Source: a virus
Taxonomy: Duplodnaviria; Caudoviricetes
Virus record (IMG/VR): IMGVR_UViG_3300032007_000061
Span: 1 to 64,000 of that record
Reading direction: 5' to 3' (one strand)
Length of the DNA stretch: 64,000 nt
The notes below the pieces were generated by a model. It searched no databases. It saw nothing but the letters and a program-made list of their open reading frames with translations, and was not told the DNA's origin. Position 1 is the stretch's first letter. Each line of letters starts with the position of its first letter. Shown in pieces: positions 26,884-35,233 of the stretch. Both the position numbers and the translations under genes were made by a program.

Positions 26884-27207
26884 CTATTTCAGTTTCATTT
26901 GGAGATAACCTTGCTTTTGATACTTGGTAGCGTACTTATAGAAGAGGTCTGGATGGTCTGTCTTGAAATCACCAGAATTGAATTTATAGCCCTCAGACGG
27001 CGCAGTATAGATAGCTTGCGTGATGTCAGTCTTTACATTAGTCAGCTTCTCGGCAATCATCATGGCCATGATAGCGTCCTTGGCCTGCTTGACCTTTGCC
27101 TCTGCTTTCTGCTGCTCTTCAAATGCAGCGAGATATTCAGCTTCCAGTTTCAGATACCAGTCGGATACTGGAAGCTGCTGCTGTTCCTGCTTCTTAGCCA
27201 TAGTCAA
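26884..27207 (-). CDS. coiled-coil protein resembling YqaJ-exonuclease C-terminal region
   Basis: Coiled coil then FNSGDFKTDHPDLFYKY motif. Confidence 0.6.
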   Translation of the reverse strand: MTMAKKQEQQQLPVSDWYLKLEAEYLAAFEEQQKAEAKVKQAKDAIMAMMIAEKLTNVKTDITQAIYTAPSEGYKFNSGDFKTDHPDLFYKYATKYQKQGYLQMKLK

Positions 27208-27566
27208 TCAATTTTGGTGATAACAGACTGAACTTCGTATGGAGTATAGACGTACCGTGTTGACTTGGTGCCGTCTTTCTTGATAGCATAGATGGTTGGC
27301 CTAAAGCTTCCATCTTCCAGTATCTCAATGGTCTGATGGCCAATAATGCCATATTGTGTTTGAGCTGGAATGGTCTCACCCTTATTGCCCCAATGGTTGC
27401 TAACATATTCTGGTGTCTCAACCTTTACTTTGTCACCAGCCTTGTATGGGCAATGCTCATTGATATAGTCATATCTAAGCTTTGCCAACTCATGCTTTTT
27501 ATCGTCGATGAGTTTTTTAAGCTCTTTTCTTTTTGCGATAAATTCTGTAATTTCCATAATTCTCAC
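27204..27566 (-). CDS. hypothetical protein
   Basis: Coiled coil + CPYKAGDKV SH3-like part + KKDGTKS. Confidence 0.68.
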   Translation of the reverse strand: MRIMEITEFIAKRKELKKLIDDKKHELAKLRYDYINEHCPYKAGDKVKVETPEYVSNHWGNKGETIPAQTQYGIIGHQTIEILEDGSFRPTIYAIKKDGTKSTRYVYTPYEVQSVITKID

Positions 27567-27580
27567 TTATAAGTTAAGTT

Positions 27581-27739
27581 TTACTTGTCGGACCAATAGC
27601 CCTCTCTTGTCTCAGGATCGCAGTTCTCCATCCACCAGTGGAAATTATCATGGACGTGCTGCCCTTCCCTGTAGCGGATGCAAGTGTCTTTCAGCAAGCA
27701 GTTCTTACCCTTGCAATAAGTTATATCGTCATTCGCCAT
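27581..27739 (-). CDS. small Cys-rich protein (MANDDITYCKGKNC...)
   Basis: DITYCxGxxCxxxxxCxRY pattern. Confidence 0.6.
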   Translation of the reverse strand: MANDDITYCKGKNCLLKDTCIRYREGQHVHDNFHWWMENCDPETREGYWSDK

Positions 27740-28085
27740 ATCTTGCAGATTCTTGTGATAGGTAGATAATCTTCTTATTCGCATATTTGGCAAAAGCGCG
27801 TTCTGTCAGTGCGCCCCTGCTGTTCATCCAGTCCTCGCCAATCATGGCAATAGCATCACACTTTGTCAGCATATACAGGTCGATACAAAGGCAAATCTCA
27901 TACCCAAGCAAAGCAAACAGCCAGGGGAAACGGCAAAAGATGAATCTGGTAGGGTTCATCACCTTATAGCCATATTTCAGCAGCTGTTCCTCTGCCTCGG
28001 CGAACCGCTTCATATAGACCTTTCGTGACACTTTCTTCATTCGTCCAGAAAGATACACTTTCTTAGGCTTGTCGGTCTGTTCCAT
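27729..28085 (-). CDS. DUF4406-like (nucleoside deoxyribosyltransferase-fold) protein
   Basis: VYLSGRM, VMNP, CDAIAM...WMNSRGALTE; start moved to ATG 28085. Confidence 0.68.
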   Translation of the reverse strand: MEQTDKPKKVYLSGRMKKVSRKVYMKRFAEAEEQLLKYGYKVMNPTRFIFCRFPWLFALLGYEICLCIDLYMLTKCDAIAMIGEDWMNSRGALTERAFAKYANKKIIYLSQESARYGE

Positions 28086-28245
28086 GATGCGTAATAATTG
28101 ATAGTGCGATATACCATCGTAGCAGTTCAAAGCTGATGGTGTGATAGGTCTCATGTTTCTGGGTGTTCGTAATGCTCTTATACATCAGACAAAACGGCAA
28201 TACCCAGTATCTCAGCTTACCGCCGAAAAGTTCAAATTCCATAAG

Positions 28246-28797
28246 TTATTTCTGTTTGTTATCTTCTTGAATTTTCTTCCTTACGAGTGACCTCGCCTTG
28301 TTTTGCATAAGGCCATACATATTGTCGCAGGTCGTACCCCAAGCGTTCAGTTTCATGTAGCCGTCAGTCCTATCCAAGAAGTTCAATTTCTCCTTTACCT
28401 GCTTGGCCATCTTCTTCAACTCATCAAACTGAACCACCTCCAGAGATTTGCTGATTTTCTTCAAATTGTCGTTAATGTCAAGCACCCCACTCTCAATGAT
28501 GTCGCAAGCCATGTAGATGGTGATATACAGCGTGTTCAATTGCTCGCGCTGGGCATCAGGCATTTCGACATCTTTCAGGTCGATTGTCTTGACAGTAACC
28601 TCATAATCACGTATAAAGACTTCGAATGACTTGCGTCTCAGCTGGTCAAGCTTCTGTTTCTCTTGCATACACTGGACGTACTTGTTGGTACGCTGGTAGT
28701 TCTCGATGTTTTTCAGAAGTCTCTTGGCCTCTGGATGATTCCAGAATAATGAATCGAAAGCCTTTACATCGTCTGGATGGGCTTGCTCAATAGTCAT
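28246..28797 (-). CDS. hypothetical protein
   Basis: 183-aa helical ORF. Confidence 0.72.
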   Translation of the reverse strand: MTIEQAHPDDVKAFDSLFWNHPEAKRLLKNIENYQRTNKYVQCMQEKQKLDQLRRKSFEVFIRDYEVTVKTIDLKDVEMPDAQREQLNTLYITIYMACDIIESGVLDINDNLKKISKSLEVVQFDELKKMAKQVKEKLNFLDRTDGYMKLNAWGTTCDNMYGLMQNKARSLVRKKIQEDNKQK

Positions 28798-28970
28798 AGG
28801 TCAGTATCTTTGAAAGTGATACGTTTCGGTGTGCCGTCTGGGTTCAGCACACTATCGTCATTAGGTTCAGTTTCGTCAATCTTGCTGTTGCTTAATATTG
28901 CCAATGCAAACACACCGACAAACAATCCACAGACGCAACCGGCATAGAATGTAACGACATACCAAAACAT
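28794..28970 (-). CDS. 58-aa membrane peptide
   Basis: Hand-translated MFWYVVTFYAGCVCGLFVGVFALAIL...; TGA overlaps next ATG. Confidence 0.55.
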   Translation of the reverse strand: MFWYVVTFYAGCVCGLFVGVFALAILSNSKIDETEPNDDSVLNPDGTPKRITFKDTDL

Positions 28971-28973
28971 AGG

Positions 28974-29219
28974 CTAATCGAAAATATGCCGTTGAACCTC
29001 GTCTATGATGTCCTGGGTGGTCTTGATTGCATCGGCAGCAGCATCAGTAATGGTAATGCTGAAATCCTTCTCCACGTCCATTACAATCTGCACGATGTCA
29101 AGAGAATCGGCACCATAGCACTCTCTCAGATTAGCTTCCACGTCAATGCCAGCTTCGTCCTCACAAAGGTACTTGGCCACTACTGGCACAACTTTCTTTT
29201 TGATTTCTTCTTGCGTCAT
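28974..29219 (-). CDS. acpP: acyl carrier protein
   Basis: GADSLDIVQIVMDVEKDFSITI phosphopantetheine-attachment motif; 81 aa, acidic. Confidence 0.88.
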   Translation of the reverse strand: MTQEEIKKKVVPVVAKYLCEDEAGIDVEANLRECYGADSLDIVQIVMDVEKDFSITITDAAADAIKTTQDIIDEVQRHIFD

Positions 29220-29245
29220 AATAATTCTGTTTTAAGAGTTAATAC

Positions 29246-29265
29246 GAATATGCTTTCATCAAATT
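29246..29265 (-). repeat. 20-bp box AATTTGATGAAAGCATATTC
   Basis: Between the RNase H stop and the ACP start; matches the other five copies. Confidence 0.75.
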
Positions 29266-29282
29266 ATTACGACATGGCCGAA

Positions 29283-29681
29283 CTATCGCTTATTCCCGAA
29301 GTCAGCCGGATTTTCACCTAATTTTTGATTATTCCAGTGCCTAATCTCGATTTTATCAACCCATAAGGCACAGGCTTTGAGATAGATTTCGGCTTTCTGC
29401 AGCAGCTTATTCCGCTTACCAGATGCCGTCCGTTTCGCCTTGAACCATGCTATTGCCGTTGTGCTGTCTGAGAAGATGACCATTGGCTTGTGTTTGGTGC
29501 GAATGATGTACTTTGCAGCCTCCACAATTGCCAGGAACTCCCCGATGTTGACGGTCTGGTTGCCCAAGTCCTCATAGAAGATATACTCACCAGTAGCGAG
29601 GTCAACCCCCTGAATTTCTGTCTTTCGGTTTTTCTGGGAATGTGCTGCATCCACCACTATACCCTGAGAATAGTCTATCAT
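29283..29681 (-). CDS. rnhA: ribonuclease HI
   Basis: VVDAA, IGEFLAI, FSDSTTA and NPADFG acidic tetrad. Confidence 0.8.
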   Translation of the reverse strand: MIDYSQGIVVDAAHSQKNRKTEIQGVDLATGEYIFYEDLGNQTVNIGEFLAIVEAAKYIIRTKHKPMVIFSDSTTAIAWFKAKRTASGKRNKLLQKAEIYLKACALWVDKIEIRHWNNQKLGENPADFGNKR

Positions 29682-29715
29682 AGCTTACGAATAAAAGCAG
29701 ATTCCTACTCACAAC

Positions 29716-30210
29716 TTAAACTGATGGATGGTCGGCTTTCCAGTATGCAAGCACTATCTCAGCCGATTCCCTAAAGTCGGCAATGACCTGTTCTTGGTCC
29801 TTGATGTCTATGCGTCTTGCAAGTGTCTGGATGATGCCGTCAATCGAGCGTCTGTTCTCCAGCTTGCTATCAGGCTCATAGGTTATCAGCTTGTGGCCGA
29901 ACTTCACTTCCACTGCATACCTGGTGTCATCAATAATCGTCTCAATGGTAGCAGCAAACTTCACAGGCTCCGCGCTAATGGCTACGAAACCCATACATTC
30001 TTTCATCGGAACAAGTGTTGTGTTGTAAAGCACATTCTCCAAAAGCGTCTCTGCCACTCCAGCGTCGGCCAGCACGATCTTCTTCTTGCAACCGTCACTT
30101 TCGTGGCAACCCTTCCACGAGCCGTTTTCCTTTCTCACATACGAAACAAATGCAACTTTGTCTCGCTCACTTCTCTGAAACTTCAAATACGTCTTAATTC
30201 TCTTCGACAT
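29716..30210 (-). CDS. hypothetical protein
   Basis: 164-aa ORF on operon strand. Confidence 0.72.
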   Translation of the reverse strand: MSKRIKTYLKFQRSERDKVAFVSYVRKENGSWKGCHESDGCKKKIVLADAGVAETLLENVLYNTTLVPMKECMGFVAISAEPVKFAATIETIIDDTRYAVEVKFGHKLITYEPDSKLENRRSIDGIIQTLARRIDIKDQEQVIADFRESAEIVLAYWKADHPSV

Positions 30211-30242
30211 AATAATCTGATTTTAATCATTTGTAATAGCAT

Positions 30243-30279
30243 AAGAAAACCCCACACTACATTGAATTATAGTGTGGGG
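30243..30279 (-). terminator. perfect 10-bp hairpin with U-tail; contains CACTATAAT
   Basis: CCCCACACTA/TAGTGTGGGG; TTTTCTT follows on the minus strand. Confidence 0.65.
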
Positions 30280-30321
30280 CAGTCCAGTAGGGTTAGAACC
30301 CGAATAGAATTTTATCAAAAT

Positions 30322-30624
30322 TTAATAGTCCATCAGCTTGTCTCGCTCAATAGCTTCGGGGTCTGGGATGATGAACTTACCATGCTTTCCCCTCTGCTTG
30401 ATGATTTGCACACTCGCATAACCAAGCCCTCTTGCAAGGCTTATCATGCCGGTCTCGGTAATGCTGATGGTTCCAGTAAGGTCTCCGTTGTCGGGTGTGG
30501 CAAAACGATAGGTGTTCTGCCCATCGTCAACGGCTACGGGATTCAGTCGCACGGCAATGAAGTCATGCGGGCTGTCTTGCCAGATATAACGGCATAGCTT
30601 TTCGAAATCTGTTTTGTTGTTCAT
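30322..30624 (-). CDS. hypothetical protein
   Basis: Start moved to MNNKTDFEKL (ATG 30624). Confidence 0.6.
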   Translation of the reverse strand: MNNKTDFEKLCRYIWQDSPHDFIAVRLNPVAVDDGQNTYRFATPDNGDLTGTISITETGMISLARGLGYASVQIIKQRGKHGKFIIPDPEAIERDKLMDY

Positions 30625-30646
30625 AGGAAATCTGCCTTTAATCAAA

Positions 30647-31048
30647 CTATAGTTCCAAAGTGTCTGCGTGGCAGCTGGAACATAGCCCTCCAGTACGCTC
30701 GTAGGTCTTGCCGCTAACTCTCTGTCCGCACACCTTGCAGAAGTGCATGGTCTTGTTGTTCCTGCCATGCAGGATTGAGTTCAGCGTCTGCCTGCTGATG
30801 TTGTACTCTTGCTGGATGGCTTTCATCACCTCTGGGAAGGTGTATGCCTTGTTCTGTGCCACGAGGTATTTGCACCCCCTCGTAAGCTTGTCGTAATCAT
30901 AGCGTACAAGGGTGTCTCGCATGAACTCGGTATTGAGAAGCCTCTGGTCGTTCAGCTTTCTCAGTGTCATTACGTCCACATCGAAAATCTGGGAGGCTTT
31001 CATAATGTCCTGTTCACGCAGGATATATTTAATTTTTGGTGCTTCCAT
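30647..31048 (-). CDS. HTH + C-terminal zinc-ribbon protein
   Basis: YNISRQTLNSIL HTH; CKVC...CSSC. Confidence 0.68.
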   Translation of the reverse strand: MEAPKIKYILREQDIMKASQIFDVDVMTLRKLNDQRLLNTEFMRDTLVRYDYDKLTRGCKYLVAQNKAYTFPEVMKAIQQEYNISRQTLNSILHGRNNKTMHFCKVCGQRVSGKTYERTGGLCSSCHADTLEL

Positions 31049-31367
31049 CAGCTACTTCCTTAACCTTGAACTCCATGACGATGTTTGCTCGGTCAGACAC
31101 TTCCTTGATTTTCTGATAGGACTTTTCGAGCATGAGAAGCATAATACGGTTGCTGTCCTCATGGCTCATGTTCTCCCATCCGATCTTCAATTCCTCTGCC
31201 AGTTGTTTGGCCAGCGGATAGAAATGCTCGTCAGGCTCCAGCTCATTCACGTCATAAATGCTCTCGTCTGGGTCAGCGAAGAGGAACTTCGACAGAGCGA
31301 GATATTCCTGCAGCGCATCGACCATCAGTTGAGTCGGTCTTTCTGTATTGCTTTTCTTCTTTGCCAT
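31029..31367 (-). CDS. hypothetical acidic protein
   Basis: ATG preceded by AGGAG and a CACTATAAT motif. Confidence 0.72.
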   Translation of the reverse strand: MAKKKSNTERPTQLMVDALQEYLALSKFLFADPDESIYDVNELEPDEHFYPLAKQLAEELKIGWENMSHEDSNRIMLLMLEKSYQKIKEVSDRANIVMEFKVKEVADGSTKN

Positions 31368-31460
31368 TTTGTAATCTCCTTTTAATATTATAGTGCAAAA
31401 CTTCCATTTCGATTTACTAAAAAAGAATAAAAGTGTGCATTACAAAACAAAATGGCTGGA

Positions 31461-31871
31461 CTACTCCAGCCACTTGTGTCTATCAGAGAGTTTGATTGAA
31501 CAATGGAAATAACTGAGGATAGCCAACAATGTGTCAATGGATAGCAGGGCTTGTCCGTCCTTTGGCTTGGTATATCTGATACCTATCCTGGGATTCAGGT
31601 CTTTCAGCTCCATGCCATTGTTATGCAGCAGCTGTTCTATCAGTTCATGGCAATCGTCAACAGAGCCAACCCTATAATGCTCGTCAATGTTGTAATCCCA
31701 TACGAAAACACTACAATTGAGCGCATCGGTATAAAGAAACAGGCTTGTCACTGAATACGATGACTTACCAGCTTCAATGGACTGGATGACGTAGGCACTC
31801 AGTTTGTCGCTCTTGATGTCCTTGCCGTCCCTGATGTCGGCCAGCTTCTTTCCAAGTTCAATTCTGTTCAT
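31461..31871 (-). CDS. tandem HTH (XRE-like) regulator
   Basis: Start MNRIELGKKLADIR; IQSIEAGKSSYSVTSL and second LLSIDTLLAILSYF HTH. Confidence 0.68.
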   Translation of the reverse strand: MNRIELGKKLADIRDGKDIKSDKLSAYVIQSIEAGKSSYSVTSLFLYTDALNCSVFVWDYNIDEHYRVGSVDDCHELIEQLLHNNGMELKDLNPRIGIRYTKPKDGQALLSIDTLLAILSYFHCSIKLSDRHKWLE

Positions 31872-31872
31872 A

Positions 31873-32217
31873 TCACCTATTGATGGCTTTCTGGATGGAT
31901 TTGACTGCTGAATTGACATCGCCCTTGACCTCACGATACTCCTTATACTCATCCTTGTACTCAGATAGCGCAGTTTCAAGGTCAGCAGAAGCATCGTACA
32001 GATCATTGACATTCTCACCCATATCGTCGGCTCGCTGGGATAGTGCAAGATTCTCTGAAAGCGCATCCAGCGCATCCTGCTCTTCATCAGCTATCATTTC
32101 CACTTCATTCTGTGAATCAGAAAGCGTGGTCTCGATCTTTTGTCTTGGCTGCTCATCGGAAAGTTTCTCCAATGAGCCAACCACTTTGGTCAGCCTTTTT
32201 CTCCTGTTTTTGTTCAT
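31873..32217 (-). CDS. hypothetical acidic helical protein
   Basis: MNKNRRKRL...DEEQDALD...ENL pattern; -7 element at 32237-32244. Confidence 0.75.
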   Translation of the reverse strand: MNKNRRKRLTKVVGSLEKLSDEQPRQKIETTLSDSQNEVEMIADEEQDALDALSENLALSQRADDMGENVNDLYDASADLETALSEYKDEYKEYREVKGDVNSAVKSIQKAINR

Positions 32218-32236
32218 AATAGTCTTTTCATACCTG

Positions 32237-32244
32237 CAAAGATA
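32237..32244 (-). promoter_or_regulatory. Bacteroidetes -7 element (TATCTTTG)
   Basis: TAnnTTTG on the minus strand 20 nt before the ATG. Confidence 0.65.
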
Positions 32245-32284
32245 AATAATTTTAATTAAATAAAGCGATTAGTTCAATTAAATT

Positions 32285-32422
32285 TTAGTTTAATTGTGAT
32301 TTGAGAGCGTTCATCCGATTGAAATGCACTGCATCCCTATCGAAATAACGAAGGTCATTGCCACAGCAGCGGCACACGTGTTCGCCAACCAGATTGGCTG
32401 GTGTAGAATACAAATTGCTCAT
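32285..32422 (-). CDS. 45-aa peptide (CRCC motif)
   Basis: Hand-translated MSNLYSTPANLVGEHVCRCCGN...; fills the gap. Confidence 0.4.
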   Translation of the reverse strand: MSNLYSTPANLVGEHVCRCCGNDLRYFDRDAVHFNRMNALKSQLN

Positions 32423-32427
32423 AATGG

Positions 32428-33420
32428 CTACTTTTTGATGATGTTATACTTCATGTCTTGCTTCTTGAAAAAATAGGTTATCAAGTCGAGAGGATTCGTG
32501 AACACGGTGCTGCCAATCTCATTGGCATATATCTTATGTTCCTCCATCTGCTTGTCTGTCGGAACGATGTATGCTATCAGAGCGCCGCTACTTGAAATGT
32601 CGATGGATATATTGCGTATGGGGGCTTCCATAGCGACATCATTGTGAATATAGTAAAGCTTGGTTCCGATTGCCAGGTACTCAAATGTCTGAGTGTTGTT
32701 CTGGACGGTCTTGGTGTTCTGTCTCATAGTAACGTCCTCCTTCTGTTTTGTTCGTGTAGCGTCAGATGCTTTCTTCTGTTCATTTCTCTTTTTCCTGTTA
32801 TCGCTCATGCACTGTTTGCAGGTGTTGGCGATATGGTCAACATTACTGCTACAGGTTTGGAACTCTGTCATAGGCTTGATAACATGGCATTGTCTGCACT
32901 CTTTGGTATCTGGAGCAAATGATAGTGCGTATGCCCTCTTTATCCGGCGATCGTAGTCAAACGGCATTTTGGGATTGGACTGCACTTCTTTTTCAGCATT
33001 AATCCTTTCACGTCTCGCCTTTTCTGTTACTCTTCGTCTGGCATTTCTGCACTCCTTGCATTTGTAGTCATATCCGTCTTTGGACTGTTTGTTGTGCTGG
33101 AACTCAGACAACGGCTTTGCTTGGCCACAGCACTTGCAAAACTTATAGCCCTCTGGAATACCAGTTTTTGACTTCTTCTTTTGGGCAGCTTTCTTCTGAT
33201 ATTCCCACTGCATCTTGTTCCAGCATTTCTTACAGCAGTATTTCAGCCCGTCTTTCATGTTCTTGTCCTTGTAGAACTCAGACTCAGGCAGAATCTCGCC
33301 ACAATGCTGACATCGCTTGTACCCGATTGGAACATTTGGGTCCTGGGGGTTGGTCACTTGCCGCTTCCTTGGTGCGGCGATTGTCGTGGTGCTACTTATC
33401 ACACTACTTTCCATAATCAA
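32428..33420 (-). CDS. protein with three tandem C2-C2 zinc-finger repeats
   Basis: CQHC..CKKC, CKCC..CKEC and CRQC..CKQC units, each with xPxSEF. Confidence 0.78.
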   Translation of the reverse strand: MIMESSVISSTTTIAAPRKRQVTNPQDPNVPIGYKRCQHCGEILPESEFYKDKNMKDGLKYCCKKCWNKMQWEYQKKAAQKKKSKTGIPEGYKFCKCCGQAKPLSEFQHNKQSKDGYDYKCKECRNARRRVTEKARRERINAEKEVQSNPKMPFDYDRRIKRAYALSFAPDTKECRQCHVIKPMTEFQTCSSNVDHIANTCKQCMSDNRKKRNEQKKASDATRTKQKEDVTMRQNTKTVQNNTQTFEYLAIGTKLYYIHNDVAMEAPIRNISIDISSSGALIAYIVPTDKQMEEHKIYANEIGSTVFTNPLDLITYFFKKQDMKYNIIKK

Positions 33421-33450
33421 ATTGTATTAAAGGTGAAATGAATAAGATGC

Positions 33451-33479
33451 AAAAAAAAGCAGCCCAAATTGGACTGCTT
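33451..33479 (-). terminator. terminator closing AT-rich moron
   Basis: AAGCAGTCC-AATTT-GGGCTGCTT followed by a T run on the minus strand. Confidence 0.8.
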
Positions 33480-33504
33480 AGATATATTATGAAAGTTATC
33501 TGCT

Positions 33505-34344
33505 TTATTTAAAGAAAGTTTTCTTTTTCTTGGCTTGTTTGGCGGCTTTCTTAGCTTGTTTTCGTTCCCATCTGCTCTCCCATATAGAAGTATCACTTTG
33601 TTGCTTTTTGTATAACTTATGTGTTGACAAGCTATTGATGTGGTAGGTTTCATCATTCCTAAACAACCATTCAATTCTGTTCCAAAAATCCATAGCCTCC
33701 TTTTTTGTTATAGAGTTTTCATTTGTTTCTTTTAGGAACAGTTCTTTTGCTTTATCAATCCCAATTCTATCTTTGATGTAGCTTTTATACACATTAATGC
33801 TTATATTTGGAAGGAGATAATGATAATTGCACTTCCCAGCTTTTCTTTTTATCCAGATTTCCTGCCAAGTTATATCAGAATCAGCATATTGGTATTTATT
33901 ATCAGTTGTATCAAATGGTTGTGAAATTAATTCTATTATGCAACATAAAGAACCTAACGATCCGCCTAAAACACCGATGAAATACAAATAACAATCATTA
34001 TCAGGTATATCTTTTCGGAACAAGAAATTATCACCTGTATTAAGTGTTATTATATCTATGCAGTCCCTAACAAAATTCACAATGCCAGGAATTGCCCAAT
34101 AAAGCGGTAAACACAACAAACCGGCAAAGACAAATGGCACAAGTGGCGGCAAAAGCACATATTTTAAATCACTATCATTTGTTATATAATTTGCAGAATT
34201 TAAGAATACTGCAATATATAACGGCACAAATAATAAGCACATGATATAAGGCGCAATGATACAGAAGATGAGTACGAAGCACCCCAGTCCCATAGCAGCT
34301 TGTGAAGCGGCTTTATTTGGCATGTATAATATTCCGAAGTCCAT
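33505..34344 (-). CDS. multi-pass membrane protein (moron gene 2)
   Basis: About three hydrophobic segments + soluble C-terminus; AT-rich. Confidence 0.72.
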   Translation of the reverse strand: MDFGILYMPNKAASQAAMGLGCFVLIFCIIAPYIMCLLFVPLYIAVFLNSANYITNDSDLKYVLLPPLVPFVFAGLLCLPLYWAIPGIVNFVRDCIDIITLNTGDNFLFRKDIPDNDCYLYFIGVLGGSLGSLCCIIELISQPFDTTDNKYQYADSDITWQEIWIKRKAGKCNYHYLLPNISINVYKSYIKDRIGIDKAKELFLKETNENSITKKEAMDFWNRIEWLFRNDETYHINSLSTHKLYKKQQSDTSIWESRWERKQAKKAAKQAKKKKTFFK

Positions 34345-34347
34345 ACG

Positions 34348-34965
34348 CTAATAAATTAAATCATCATCTTCAATCAAATTGCAACCTGAAACAAAGTGAC
34401 TGTTGCGTTTTGGTTTTCCTTCCCTAATTGTCATGTTATAATCGTCTACTATTTTGCAAAACAAATCATCTTGTTGTTCGCATATAGTCCAATTATTACA
34501 ACGAAATCTTATGCTTATTTCATATTTTTCATCATACCAATGGAGCCTCTTTCTTGATAAAACAACTTTAGTGGACGATTTGATGTATTGCTTAATAAAA
34601 ATGCCGTCACCAATTTCCTTTGCAAACCATTCAACTGGCAATTTATATTTACGGAATTGCCTGTATAAATCTGTAATGTCATACCTTATCGGATATGACG
34701 AATAAATTATTTTTAATAGACCGCCATAGTCATTTAAGTCTTTGGAATTTGGCAAATGAAGACAGAAGCGATATTTATATTTAAGTAACGGATCGAAGTC
34801 GGATATATCATCAAACGTATTAAGAATGAAGTCGGTAACATCTGCCGGAAAACACATTGCCAGCTTACGATATTGTTCATTAAAGTAAACAACATCTGGT
34901 GATACGGATTTCTCAAGTGATACGTAAATCCGTTTTCCTTTCTTTTTTCTTTTTGTTTTAGGCAT
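34348..34965 (-). CDS. hypothetical protein (moron gene 1)
   Basis: 205-aa AT-rich ORF with a basic N-terminus. Confidence 0.72.
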   Translation of the reverse strand: MPKTKRKKKGKRIYVSLEKSVSPDVVYFNEQYRKLAMCFPADVTDFILNTFDDISDFDPLLKYKYRFCLHLPNSKDLNDYGGLLKIIYSSYPIRYDITDLYRQFRKYKLPVEWFAKEIGDGIFIKQYIKSSTKVVLSRKRLHWYDEKYEISIRFRCNNWTICEQQDDLFCKIVDDYNMTIREGKPKRNSHFVSGCNLIEDDDLIY

Positions 34966-35005
34966 TGTTATTGCATCATTTTCATCCAGTTCTCGAAAGA
35001 AAAGC

Positions 35006-35148
35006 AGGGCACAAAGAAAGTGGACCGCCCTCTATGCCATGCAAGGTATCGCCAAACACCCGTAAAAATGCACAGATGGGCAGCCCACATAGTGAACTGC
35101 CGCCTGTGCCTCAATCTCACTGGTTGAAATTTGGCGATTTCTGCATGG
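35006..35148 (-). promoter_or_regulatory. structured 5' leader of moron
   Basis: Nested inverted repeats CCATGCA/TGCATGG, ATCGCCAAA/TTTGGCGAT, GCACAG..GGCAG/CTGCC..CTGTGC. Confidence 0.6.
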
Positions 35149-35167
35149 TGAGACACATTCGTCTGTG

Positions 35168-35175
35168 CAAAGATA
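35168..35175 (-). promoter_or_regulatory. Bacteroidetes -7 element (TATCTTTG) driving moron
   Basis: TAnnTTTG just downstream of the thyX stop. Confidence 0.68.
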
Positions 35176-35233
35176 CGGAATGTTTTGGAAAACTTTACTT
35201 GTTAATGAACAAAATTAAGTTTTCTTAAAACAA

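Noticed and set aside
30302-30321. Additional copy of the 20-bp box (also partial at 62605)
   Set aside because: Only 14/20 or fewer matches in AT-rich DNA; not counted
31872-32087. ORF-track N-terminal extension of the HTH gene (also 58671-58844, 54267-54359, 39107-39211)
   Set aside because: Overlaps another gene or promoter/leader; a downstream ATG gives a more natural start
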